A stretch of 64,000 nt of DNA from Bacilli bacterium (GTDB taxonomy: Bacteria > Bacillota_I > Bacilli_A > RFN20 > CAG-826), in assembly GCA_050952805.1 (NCBI GenBank), contig JBMNLM010000001.1, forward strand, positions 397,713-461,712, given 5' to 3'. Of this stretch, positions 7,901-15,971 are shown one piece after another. The stretch's first letter is position 1, and each line of letters starts with the position of its first letter. A program made the translations under genes and the position numbers. Below the pieces are notes generated by a model, which saw only the letters and a program-made list of their open reading frames with translations, made no database searches and was not told the DNA's origin.

Positions 7901-9318
7901 ATTGTTTTATCAGATAAACTAACACCTTCGCCTGGGTTAATAAGAATGTTAATGCGGTCAATAATCATTCCTCTACTAACTTTTATGGCTCCAAATTCAA
8001 TAATCTTGTCGTATCTTTCGCTTAACCCTGTTGTTTCAAGGTCAAAGACAGTGTAAGTTGCACTATTTAAGACAATTGGATTAGGATTTAAAATAAAGTT
8101 TGGTTCCGTGTCAATCATGTAAAGTTCCGCGCCATATATAACTTTTAAGTCATATTTTTTACTTAAGGCGTAAACTTCTGGGAACGCTTGAACACAGCCG
8201 TGGTCAGTAATAGCAATCGCTTTGTGCCCCATGTTTTGGGCTAAATCAAAATAGCCTTTAACAGTGCCAACCCCGTCCATAACACTCATTTTTGTATGTG
8301 TATGAAGTTCAATTCGCTTTTTAGGTTCAGTATATGTTTCTTTTCTTAAAGGTGTAGGAGGTAATAGACTAATAGCATCAATTTTTATAGAGATTCCGTT
8401 TGTAAACTTGTCAAATTGAACTTGACCTTTAATCCTAACGTTATCACCAACATTAATTTTTGGAAGTTCTGGGAAACGACTGAAGTCGTTTTTATAAATA
8501 AAAACTTTTGCCGATATTGCCCGACCATTCTTTTGAACACCAAAAGTATGAATTAATGCGTTAGATCTTGTTACTCTAACTTCCTTGCTAAAGACTTTGC
8601 CATCAAAGTCTACGCTTACTAGATTTAAGTTAATGTCACGAATCTCGGTATAAGGATATTCGCGCTTTTTCCGTTCATTTTCGCGCTCTTTTATCATTAT
8701 CTCAAGATTTTTTTGCATTTCGTCATCAATTAAATTAGTGACATTTTCTGAGGCTAACTGTCCTTCATAACCATATTCTTGTTTATCGCTATCATCAGGA
8801 AAAGGAATTTCCTCTTCTTCATCTCCGTAAATTAATTCTTCTTCCTCTTCGGCAAGGGAAAAGTCTTCTTCATCTTCAAAAGGTTCAATAAATGTTTCTA
8901 CTTCAAATGTAAAAGGATAAGAAATTTTATCGAGCAATAAATTAAAGTCTATTGTAAGTCCCTTGAAAATTTCTTCCTCTTCTTTACTAGTTGGAATTAG
9001 CGTAATCTTTTGGGTGTTAGTTTTAAGACAACTTTCATCAAAAGGTAAAAGAGTTCGTTTGTAATACCAAGAATTAAATAAACTAATAGCGTGTTCGCTC
9101 GTTACATTAAATAAATATGAATATTTGATTTTACATTGATAATTTAGTTTTGACACAGCAAAAATAAAGCTATCTAATAAGGAAAAATTCCAAGGACGAC
9201 TAACTGCTATATCATAGATCCAGCAGTTATTGACCTTTTTATAGCCAATCATTTCTAAATCATAATCATTAGGATTTAGATTTAGTGAATTAATAAAGCG
9301 TGTCGTTAATTTATTCAT
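4921..9318 (-). CDS. polC: DNA polymerase III alpha subunit, Gram-positive PolC type (PHP, OB, exonuclease and polymerase domains)
   Basis: 1465-aa ORF with HTHTKMSVMDG PHP motifs, DnaQ-like exonuclease motifs (FDLETTGL) and a PolC zinc-finger CPNC...CPLC. Conserved position after rseP. Confidence 0.95.
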   Translation of the reverse strand: MNKLTTRFINSLNLNPNDYDLEMIGYKKVNNCWIYDIAVSRPWNFSLLDSFIFAVSKLNYQCKIKYSYLFNVTSEHAISLFNSWYYKRTLLPFDESCLKTNTQKITLIPTSKEEEEIFKGLTIDFNLLLDKISYPFTFEVETFIEPFEDEEDFSLAEEEEELIYGDEEEEIPFPDDSDKQEYGYEGQLASENVTNLIDDEMQKNLEIMIKERENERKKREYPYTEIRDINLNLVSVDFDGKVFSKEVRVTRSNALIHTFGVQKNGRAISAKVFIYKNDFSRFPELPKINVGDNVRIKGQVQFDKFTNGISIKIDAISLLPPTPLRKETYTEPKKRIELHTHTKMSVMDGVGTVKGYFDLAQNMGHKAIAITDHGCVQAFPEVYALSKKYDLKVIYGAELYMIDTEPNFILNPNPIVLNSATYTVFDLETTGLSERYDKIIEFGAIKVSRGMIIDRINILINPGEGVSLSDKTIELTGITPAMLYNEPLIETVIDRILAFIGDTILVSHNAQFDVGFLNQALIDMGRKPLNNPVIDTLPLSRYLFPESGSHNLGALARNFEVIYDRSQAHRADYDAQVLNEVWQAMLVKLTLDNQNLRHLDLSSLKIDNVIYKHLMPYHVIALAKNQQGIKDLYELISLSHIDYLAEVPKIPRTILEKYRENLLISPACFNGEIFQTAMTRSEKKLVDVMSFYDYIEIQPPANYSHLLHMNKIESEEKLYIFLKDIAKAARIAGKPLVVTGDVHYENPEDKIFRDVLISAKAVGKVPHALYPFERDNMAPFENPDQHYRSTQEMLDAFVKPEIFSLEEAKEYVIENTHLIANQIESVRPLKNKLYTPEIENVDVLLHDLVFENAHKLYGENLPFIVKQRLDRELEGIISNGYAVIYYLSYKIVKKANDDGYVVGSRGSVGSSFVATMAGITEVNPLKPHYRCPNCKYTDFEPEGDYKSGFDLPPKKCPLCDTPLISDGQNIPFETFLGFKADKVPDIDLNFPGDYQARAHEYTRELLGEDKVFRAGTIDTIKERTAYGFALGFYERAKYDLSTLPKAQIDYVASGINEVKRTTGQHPGGIIIVPENFDIHDFTPVQYPANDIDATWKTTHLDYHAIHDNILKFDLLGHVDPLALKMMSELTGVDINDIPLGDKKVLSLFSSVKELKLSKNYLEEETGALGIPEFGTSFVRRLLKDTRPKSFNELIIISGLSHGTDVWANNAEKLIKTGKTNLDGVIGCRDDIMTYLIEKEVEPSIAFNIMESVRKGRGVQNQYLSLLRQKGVPNYYIDSFNMIKYLFPRAHATAYVMMAFRVAYFKLYYPLEYYATFFSVRSKQYDIQAMISGTKAIRKRLEESQKILRDKADQKEEDVKRTLQIALEMLDRGYSFENIDLYKSDALNFIVDKENGKLIPPFITIDGLGENTAVTVIEARKDGPFTSVQDLVERTKLNSQNIDRMRELGVLKGLPETNQLNLFDFF

Positions 9319-9324
9319 AATTTT

Positions 9325-10569
9325 TTAAAGCAGTAAAGTTATATAGAAAATATCTTTAATTGTGACCGCAATCATTAGACCAAAAAGAAGAATAAGCCCA
9401 ATTGCAGAGGCAACTTGTTTAAATTTAGGATTAACTTCTCTTCGAATAATTGCTTCAATTATTGAAATTAATATGTGCCAGCCATCTAAGCCGGGGAATG
9501 GTAATAAGTTAAAAACGGCAAGGTTAACGCTAATTAAACCCCAGAAAAAGAGATATTGACCAATACCAAAGTTAGTTAATGTATCTGAAGTTTGATTGTA
9601 TATTCCAACAAACCCTGAAAGGTTTTTAAATCCACCTTTTTGGAATAAGGAGCCTATACCTCTTCCAATTGCCGTAAAGGAAAATCCAAAATCACTAAAT
9701 GTCTTTTGTAAGGCTACTTTAGGTGTATTAAAATACTCTCTTTTTGAAAAACTTAGACCAATTGATTCAAACGTATATCCTTTACCAGGATTAGTTTCAT
9801 CTTTTAAAACAGTCTCAATTTGCAGGGTTTTCGTTAAAATTGTCGGTTCTTCTTGGCCTTCGATGTAGCGAGAAAACTTAGCGTCAAAAGTAAGCACAGA
9901 TGTTTTTGTAATATTTTCTTCAAAACTTGCTTGAGTTAATTCTTTTGTTGTTACGTCAACTAAACGTATTGCGTTTCCGCTAAAATCGAGATCAGCGTAG
10001 CTTCTTGGGAAAAACATTACGTAATATTCTTTATCAGGAATTGTTGAAAGCGTTCCAATTCCGAAATGTTGAATTTCGTCTTTGCCAATTTGTACAAATT
10101 CAAATTCAATCGCATCATTATCTTCTAAGTTATATACGGTCTGCGCTTTGCTAGTTTCAGTAATAACTAGAGACGTTAAGAGTTGCGTTTGTTTTACAAA
10201 CGTGTTTGCCATAAAGAAAATAAGAAGGCCGAGAACTAAGTTCATAACAATTCCCGCGCTCATAATTCCCACGCGTTTTCCGCGATTTATTTTTAATAAA
10301 CTACGTGACTCAGGAATTTCTTCATTTTCAAACTCTTTTGGAATACCATCTTGCTCGCCAAACATTGAAACGTAGCCGCCAAGTGGAAAAGCGCGAACAG
10401 AGTAATACGTTTCCCCTTTTCGTTTACGATAAATTTTTGGACCAAAGCCAATTGAAAATTCAAAACAATATACATCAAATCTTTTCGCAACTAAAAAGTG
10501 TCCTAACTCGTGAAAAGTAACGAGTATTCCAAGCATTAAGATAAAAAGTAAAATACGTAATATAACCAC
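9325..10569 (-). CDS. rseP: Regulated intramembrane site-2 zinc metalloprotease RseP/RasP (with PDZ)
   Basis: HELGHFLVAKRF (HExxH) in TM1 and LDGG in the C-terminal TM. Conserved dxr-rseP synteny. Confidence 0.85.
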   Translation of the reverse strand: MVILRILLFILMLGILVTFHELGHFLVAKRFDVYCFEFSIGFGPKIYRKRKGETYYSVRAFPLGGYVSMFGEQDGIPKEFENEEIPESRSLLKINRGKRVGIMSAGIVMNLVLGLLIFFMANTFVKQTQLLTSLVITETSKAQTVYNLEDNDAIEFEFVQIGKDEIQHFGIGTLSTIPDKEYYVMFFPRSYADLDFSGNAIRLVDVTTKELTQASFEENITKTSVLTFDAKFSRYIEGQEEPTILTKTLQIETVLKDETNPGKGYTFESIGLSFSKREYFNTPKVALQKTFSDFGFSFTAIGRGIGSLFQKGGFKNLSGFVGIYNQTSDTLTNFGIGQYLFFWGLISVNLAVFNLLPFPGLDGWHILISIIEAIIRREVNPKFKQVASAIGLILLFGLMIAVTIKDIFYITLLL

Positions 10570-11735
10570 TATTTAGCTATCCCTTCAATGTGTTTTTTTG
10601 TAAGTTTTTGTATCTCTTCATTTACTTCTATAAGTCGTTGAAGATTAATATCATTATGATTTAAAAAATCATATTCACGCTTATAAATATAGGTAACAAC
10701 ATCAATAATTTCAAGAAAAGTAATTTTTTCTTCTAAAAATGCATGGACCGCGACTTCATTTGCAGCGTTTAATATTGCAGGATAAAAGCCTTTTTTACTT
10801 AAGGCATCATAGGCTAGATTAATAAGCGGATAATTTTCTTTATCTGCATTAATAAACGTTAAGTTTGATAGTTCAGCTAAATTAACTTGTTCTGCATTTG
10901 TTTTATGACGGTTGCATTTATGAAGTGCATAAGAAATTGGTATATGCATGTCCGTTGGCCCTACTTCAAATAAAAGCGATTCATCGACAAAACGAACGAT
11001 TGCATGAACTTTGCTTTGTGGATGAATAATAAAAGATATTTTTTCTAGCGGTAAATCAAATAAATAACTCGCTTCAATAATTTCAAAACCTTTATTCATT
11101 AAAGTCGCTGAATCTATTGTAATTTTTGGACCCATTTTCCACGTTGGATGGTTTAGTGCTTCATCATTTGTAACGTTTTGAAGTTCTTCTTGCGTTCTTC
11201 CTAGAAATGGTCCTCCGCTTGCAGTAATAATTACTTCTTTTACTAAATCGGGGTTATCGCCAAGTATCTTAGAGATTGCAACGTGTTCAGAATCAATTGG
11301 GTAAATTTTAGCGTTCGTTTTTTCTTGAATGCTTTTAATTAATTCGCCGCCAACAACGATTGCCTCTTTATTAGCTAGAGCAACATCAATTCCTAATTCA
11401 AGAGCGTGAACAGTAGGTGCTAGTCCAACAAAACCAACTAAAGCATTAACAACTAATGTCGGTTTTGCAGCATCAATAACCTTAATTAACCCTTCATCAC
11501 CAGAAAAAAACGTAATGTTAGGAAATCTATTTCTAAGATTTTCTAACTCTTTAGGATTTTGAATACAAACATATTTCACGTTAGGAAATTGTTTAATTAT
11601 CTCGTACACCTTGTTAATGTTTTTTCCAACGGAAAAACCAACAAGTCGAAATTTATCTTGTTCTTCACTAATAATATCAAGCGCTTGAGTACCAATGCTT
11701 CCACTAGCACCAAGTAAAACAATATTATCGATCAT
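10569..11735 (-). CDS. dxr: 1-deoxy-D-xylulose 5-phosphate reductoisomerase
   Basis: N-terminal LLGASGSIGTQALD NADPH-binding motif. 388 aa. cdsA-dxr-rseP order. Confidence 0.9.
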   Translation of the reverse strand: MIDNIVLLGASGSIGTQALDIISEEQDKFRLVGFSVGKNINKVYEIIKQFPNVKYVCIQNPKELENLRNRFPNITFFSGDEGLIKVIDAAKPTLVVNALVGFVGLAPTVHALELGIDVALANKEAIVVGGELIKSIQEKTNAKIYPIDSEHVAISKILGDNPDLVKEVIITASGGPFLGRTQEELQNVTNDEALNHPTWKMGPKITIDSATLMNKGFEIIEASYLFDLPLEKISFIIHPQSKVHAIVRFVDESLLFEVGPTDMHIPISYALHKCNRHKTNAEQVNLAELSNLTFINADKENYPLINLAYDALSKKGFYPAILNAANEVAVHAFLEEKITFLEIIDVVTYIYKREYDFLNHNDINLQRLIEVNEEIQKLTKKHIEGIAK

Positions 11736-12928
11736 ACAAGAAAACTCCAGCCGTTATGCATAAAGATAATAATGATTGAAACAGCTAAGGCAACGACTAA
11801 AAGCGAATCAATACGGTCTAGAATTCCGCCGTGCCCTTTTAAGATGTTTCCAAAATCTTTAATATCAAATTTTCTTTTAATTAGACTAAAGAATAAGTCG
11901 CCTAGTGTTGCAAAAAATGGCATTAATATCGAAATTAAGACAATGTAATACCATTGGTGATGTGATAAAAACGGTAAAATTGGGTTACCAACTAATGAAC
12001 AAATTAGTGCAAATAAGAAACTTGCGACAAACGATAAAACGATGCCACCGATAAATCCTTCAACCGTTTTATTAGGGGAAATGCGCGGAATTAATTTACG
12101 TTTTCCAAACAAAACCCCTACAAAATAGGCTCCAATGTCTGTTCCAATCGTTCCAATGACAACATAAAGCAGCAAGAATGAAGAGATTACTCCTTTACTT
12201 GTAAACCCTACATCATAATCATTTGCCATGTGTTGCGGGAAAAAGCGAAGGAAAAGGAATGCTTGAAAACCAAGTCCAACAATAATAATCATAAAGAAAA
12301 TATAGCTTGCTGTTGAAAAATCGAATTTTGGAACAAAAATTAATGTTATTACAATAAACATCAAAGTCACAAGAATTCCAAATGTCGATACTTCAAGCCG
12401 TTCAAAACCTGTATAAAAATGCCATTCTTTTACGTTAAAGGGGTGAATACCATTAGCTTCGTTAGCAATCATGTTATTTTTCATAAATATCCAAAACGTA
12501 AGCGAATACGTCATGATATATACAAAAAGATAGAGGAAGACAAAGCCTTTTTTAACTTGTGTCGCCTTAATAAATTCATAAATCGCAATTGATAAGGTAA
12601 TAAAAACAACGACGATAAACCACCATCCACCAACAAAGAAGGCCGGTACAACAAGAAGGGCAAGAATTACTGCAGTAATTATTCTTACAGTCATTGATTT
12701 TTTTGCATCCTTGTCTAGCTTATTTACTGTTGGACGATGATTGTTGTCTTTTTTAGATTTATTTTTTTCTTCTTTAGAGACTTCTTTTACTTCAACTTCT
12801 TCTACTTGATTAGCATCTTCTTGATCTGTTAAAAATTGATGTCCGCATTCTGGACAAATATCTATATCACGCTCAACTTCGACATTACAAACTGGACAGT
12901 TTTTCATGTCTTTTGCACGTTTTTTCAT
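11732..12928 (-). CDS. cdsA: Phosphatidate cytidylyltransferase (CDP-diglyceride synthase) with an N-terminal Cys4 zinc-ribbon extension of about 130 aa
   Basis: C-terminal CdsA signature SLIKRKFDIKDFGNILKGHGGILDRIDS. The N-terminus MKKRAKDMKNCPVCNVEVERDIDICPECGH is a CxxC...CxxC zinc ribbon. RBS GGAGG upstream of the ATG at 12928. Confidence 0.85.
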   Translation of the reverse strand: MKKRAKDMKNCPVCNVEVERDIDICPECGHQFLTDQEDANQVEEVEVKEVSKEEKNKSKKDNNHRPTVNKLDKDAKKSMTVRIITAVILALLVVPAFFVGGWWFIVVVFITLSIAIYEFIKATQVKKGFVFLYLFVYIMTYSLTFWIFMKNNMIANEANGIHPFNVKEWHFYTGFERLEVSTFGILVTLMFIVITLIFVPKFDFSTASYIFFMIIIVGLGFQAFLFLRFFPQHMANDYDVGFTSKGVISSFLLLYVVIGTIGTDIGAYFVGVLFGKRKLIPRISPNKTVEGFIGGIVLSFVASFLFALICSLVGNPILPFLSHHQWYYIVLISILMPFFATLGDLFFSLIKRKFDIKDFGNILKGHGGILDRIDSLLVVALAVSIIIIFMHNGWSFLV

Positions 12929-13656
12929 TCTTCAATTCCTCCAAACCTACGTTTTCGTTTCGAAAACTCTACTAAATCGGCTTCTAATTGTTCTTCTCTG
13001 TAATCTGGCCAGTAAACTGGATTAAAAATTAATTCTGTATACGCTAGTTGAAATAATAAGAAATTTGATAAGCGTTGTTCGCCGCTAGTTCTAATTAATA
13101 CGTCAACAGGCGGATAGCCAGCAGTGTATAAATAAGAAGAAATTAAATCACTATTAATTTCGTCTAAGGTTATTAATTCGTTTTTATAATCACTAGCGAT
13201 ATTTTTAATCGCTCTTTCAAGTTCAGCATAACTTCCATAATTTAGGCAAATATTAAAAATTAGGCCTTTGTTATCTTTTGTTTCTTCTTTTGCCTTTGCA
13301 ATAAGTTCTTGCGTCTTTCTCGGTAATTTTGTTAAATCGCCACTTGTAGCAACTTTTATTCCGTGTTCCTTTAACGTTGGAAGTCGATTCGTAATTTCTT
13401 TATTTAGAGAAGAAAAAAGAAAATTAATTTCGCTTTTTGGGCGATTCCAATTTTCCGTAGAAAAAGCATAACAAGTCATAACTTCAATTTTTCTTCGATT
13501 GCACTCTAAGGCAATTTCAAAAATTCTTTTGCCACCTTCACTATGACCAAAAGAGCGTGGTTTATGACGCTTTTTAGCCCATCTACCATTGCCATCCATA
13601 ATGAAGGCAATGTGTTTTACTCCGTAGTTTAGATCATTTAAAGTTTTACTGTTCAT
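12925..13656 (-). CDS. uppS: Undecaprenyl pyrophosphate synthase (cis-prenyltransferase)
   Basis: HIAFIMDGNGRWAKKR motif. 243 aa. frr-uppS-cdsA order. Confidence 0.9.
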   Translation of the reverse strand: MNSKTLNDLNYGVKHIAFIMDGNGRWAKKRHKPRSFGHSEGGKRIFEIALECNRRKIEVMTCYAFSTENWNRPKSEINFLFSSLNKEITNRLPTLKEHGIKVATSGDLTKLPRKTQELIAKAKEETKDNKGLIFNICLNYGSYAELERAIKNIASDYKNELITLDEINSDLISSYLYTAGYPPVDVLIRTSGEQRLSNFLLFQLAYTELIFNPVYWPDYREEQLEADLVEFSKRKRRFGGIEE

Positions 13657-13673
13657 ATAAAAACCTAATGTTC

Positions 13674-13696
13674 ATTATACCTTATTTAAGGTATAA
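13674..13696 (-). promoter_or_regulatory. Candidate promoter -10 (TATAAT, reverse complement of 13674-13679) overlapping a 10-bp inverted repeat, upstream of uppS
   Basis: Perfect inverted repeat TTATACCTTA-TT-TAAGGTATAA at 13675-13696. TATAAT lies 17 nt upstream of the uppS ATG and RBS AGGT. No convincing -35. Confidence 0.3.
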
Positions 13697-13774
13697 AAAA
13701 GGGATTATTATAAAAATCTTATTTTATAAACGATAATCGTTAAATTTTATTTAAATAAAATTTGTTATTTTTTA

Positions 13775-13801
13775 ATAAAAAAAAGAGTACCTAAGTACTC
13801 T
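13775..13801 (-). terminator. Rho-independent terminator after frr
   Basis: Hairpin AGAGTAC-CTAA-GTACTCT at 13784-13801 followed by a T-run on the minus strand. Confidence 0.55.
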
Positions 13802-14352
13802 TATACGGTCATTATTTCTTCTTCTTTTTCAGCGTAGATTTTATCGACTCTTTCAATTAACTCATCTGTTACTTTCTGTAACTCGTCTTGCGTTCTAAAC
13901 ACATCGTCTTCCGTGTAATTATCAGTGTCTTTTTTAATTAAATCGTTTGCTTCTCTTCTTGCGTTTCGAATAATAATTTTTGTTTCTTCAGCGTATTTTT
14001 TAGCTTTTTTCGCTAAGTCACGTCTTCTTTCTTCATCAAGTGGAGGTATGATTAAGCGAACTGCTTCGCCATCATTAATCGGATTAATTCCTAAGTTTGA
14101 ACCGGCAATTGCTTGATATACAGACTTTAAGTCATTGCGATCATAAGGTTTAACGAGTAGTTGCCGTGGTTCCGGAACAGAAATTGCACATATTTGAATA
14201 ATAGGAATTCTTTCCCCATAATAATCACATTCAATTTTATTTAAGAGACTAGCGTTAGCTCTCCCTGTACGAAGTGTCGTAAGATTTTCTTCAAAATTTA
14301 CGATTGCTTCTTCCATTTTTTCTTTTGCATCTAAAATATAGATATCTTCCAT
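13801..14352 (-). CDS. frr: Ribosome recycling factor
   Basis: 183 aa with RTGRANASLL and VPEPRQ motifs. pyrH-frr order. Confidence 0.9.
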   Translation of the reverse strand: MEDIYILDAKEKMEEAIVNFEENLTTLRTGRANASLLNKIECDYYGERIPIIQICAISVPEPRQLLVKPYDRNDLKSVYQAIAGSNLGINPINDGEAVRLIIPPLDEERRRDLAKKAKKYAEETKIIIRNARREANDLIKKDTDNYTEDDVFRTQDELQKVTDELIERVDKIYAEKEEEIMTV

Positions 14353-14365
14353 AATTATCTCCTCT

Positions 14366-15082
14366 TTACCTCTTTATATGTGTTCCTATTGTAGCATTTT
14401 TTAGGACTTTAAGAAAATTTTCACTGTTGTTCATGTTAAAGACAATCATCTCAATATCAGTGTCTTTTAATAGTTCAAGTGCTTCTTTATCCATTGCTTT
14501 TACATCTAGATCAATTAGTTCTTGATAAGTAGCATTTTTTATTAATTTTACATTAGGTTTTGTAAGAGGAAAATCTGTGTAAACGCCTTCAACACCGTCT
14601 TTTGCCATTAAAATTACATCGGCATTAATATCAATTGCGCGAAGGGCTGCACACGTATCAGTAGTAAAAAACGGCTTACCGGTGCCGCCTGCAAAAATGA
14701 CAACTTTTTTCTCGTCTAAAAGTTTATTTGCTTCTTCTTTAGAGTATTCTCTAACGACATTTTTTATCGGTAATGCGCTTAAAACCTCGGCAAAAACGCC
14801 CTCTTTTACTAATCGGTGCTTTATAGCTAAGCAATTTAGCGTTGTCGCGATCATACCCATGTAGTCACCATCGACTTGGTCAATTTGTAACTCATTTGAT
14901 AATTTTCCGCGCCAAATATTACCAGCGCCAACGACGACGCCAACTTCTAAACCATGTTCAACGTACTCTTTAATAACGTTAACTACGTCACTTAGCATCT
15001 TGCTAGAAATGATTAAATCATTATCTTTATCTTTTAGTGCTTCGCCACTTACTTTTAGAACAATGCGTTTATAATTTTCCAT
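14366..15082 (-). CDS. pyrH: UMP kinase
   Basis: RIVLKVSGEAL N-terminal motif. The ORF-track start at 15097 is TTG. ATG at 15080-15082 (MENYKR) has RBS GGAGGA and is preferred. Confidence 0.9.
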   Translation of the reverse strand: MENYKRIVLKVSGEALKDKDNDLIISSKMLSDVVNVIKEYVEHGLEVGVVVGAGNIWRGKLSNELQIDQVDGDYMGMIATTLNCLAIKHRLVKEGVFAEVLSALPIKNVVREYSKEEANKLLDEKKVVIFAGGTGKPFFTTDTCAALRAIDINADVILMAKDGVEGVYTDFPLTKPNVKLIKNATYQELIDLDVKAMDKEALELLKDTDIEMIVFNMNNSENFLKVLKNATIGTHIKR

Positions 15083-15130
15083 ACCTATTTCCTCCAAATT
15101 TAATAAAGAAAAACATCCGTGAAGGATGTT

Positions 15131-15967
15131 TTAGTTTTGACAGGATACTTTCGCAACACCGTCGCCAACTTGATAGCGGACGAATTTCACGACGCGATTG
15201 TCTTTTTCTTTAAGAACGTTCGCGACTTTCTTTTCGCCATCAAGTAAGTAAACTTGATCGGCTAGTGTTGACTCACTAAAGTATTTGTTTACTTTACCTA
15301 AGATAATCTTTTCTAAGATATTTTCAGGTTTTTTAGCGAGTTCTTCATCATTTTTCGCTGCTTCAAGTTGAATTTTCTTTTCGTGTTCAACTTCACTTGC
15401 AGGAATGTCGTTTCTTGTAATATAGAAAGGATTATTCGCTGCAATGTGCATTGCTAAACCTCTAGCAAGTTCGTCATCGGCTTTTTCAAGAACGACAACA
15501 CTCGTAATTTTTCCGCCCATATGTTTATAGGCAAAAACGTTTTCTCTTTTAGCACTAATTACTTCAAAGCGACGAAGTAATAGTTTTTCGCCAATTTTAA
15601 GCGTTGCTTCTTGTAAGAGTGGGGCGACAATTTCTTGTGCTTGTTCTAGCGTTTTGGCATTGCTTTCAAATAAAAGTGTTGCAATTTCGTCAACAAGATT
15701 AACAAAGATATCACCGCGTGAAACAAAGTCTGTTTCGCAATTTACTTCGATGATAATCGTTTTATTTGCACCAATAAGTGCAGTTGTTAATCCTTCTGCG
15801 GCGGTACGTGCTTGTTTTTTTGCTGCAGTAGCAATTCCTTTTTCACGTAACCAGTCTTTTGCTTTATCTAGATCATAATCATTAGCTTCAAGAGCGTTTT
15901 TACAATCCATCATTCCTGCTCCGGTCATTTCACGAAGCATTTTAATTAATTCAATTTTATTTGCCAT
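15131..15967 (-). CDS. tsf: Elongation factor Ts
   Basis: 278 aa with MREMTGAGMMDCKNAL UBA-like N-terminus. RBS GGAGG. rpsB-tsf order. Confidence 0.9.
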   Translation of the reverse strand: MANKIELIKMLREMTGAGMMDCKNALEANDYDLDKAKDWLREKGIATAAKKQARTAAEGLTTALIGANKTIIIEVNCETDFVSRGDIFVNLVDEIATLLFESNAKTLEQAQEIVAPLLQEATLKIGEKLLLRRFEVISAKRENVFAYKHMGGKITSVVVLEKADDELARGLAMHIAANNPFYITRNDIPASEVEHEKKIQLEAAKNDEELAKKPENILEKIILGKVNKYFSESTLADQVYLLDGEKKVANVLKEKDNRVVKFVRYQVGDGVAKVSCQN

Positions 15968-15971
15968 TAGT

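Noticed and set aside
4949-8056. Several 60-90-aa plus-strand ORFs inside polC (4949-5179, 6001-6192, 7566-7823, 7811-8056), and similar antisense ORFs inside the PFOR gene, uvrA, topA, pgk and others
   Set aside because: All lie antisense to, or out of frame within, long conserved genes and lack translation signals. They are typical shadow ORFs.
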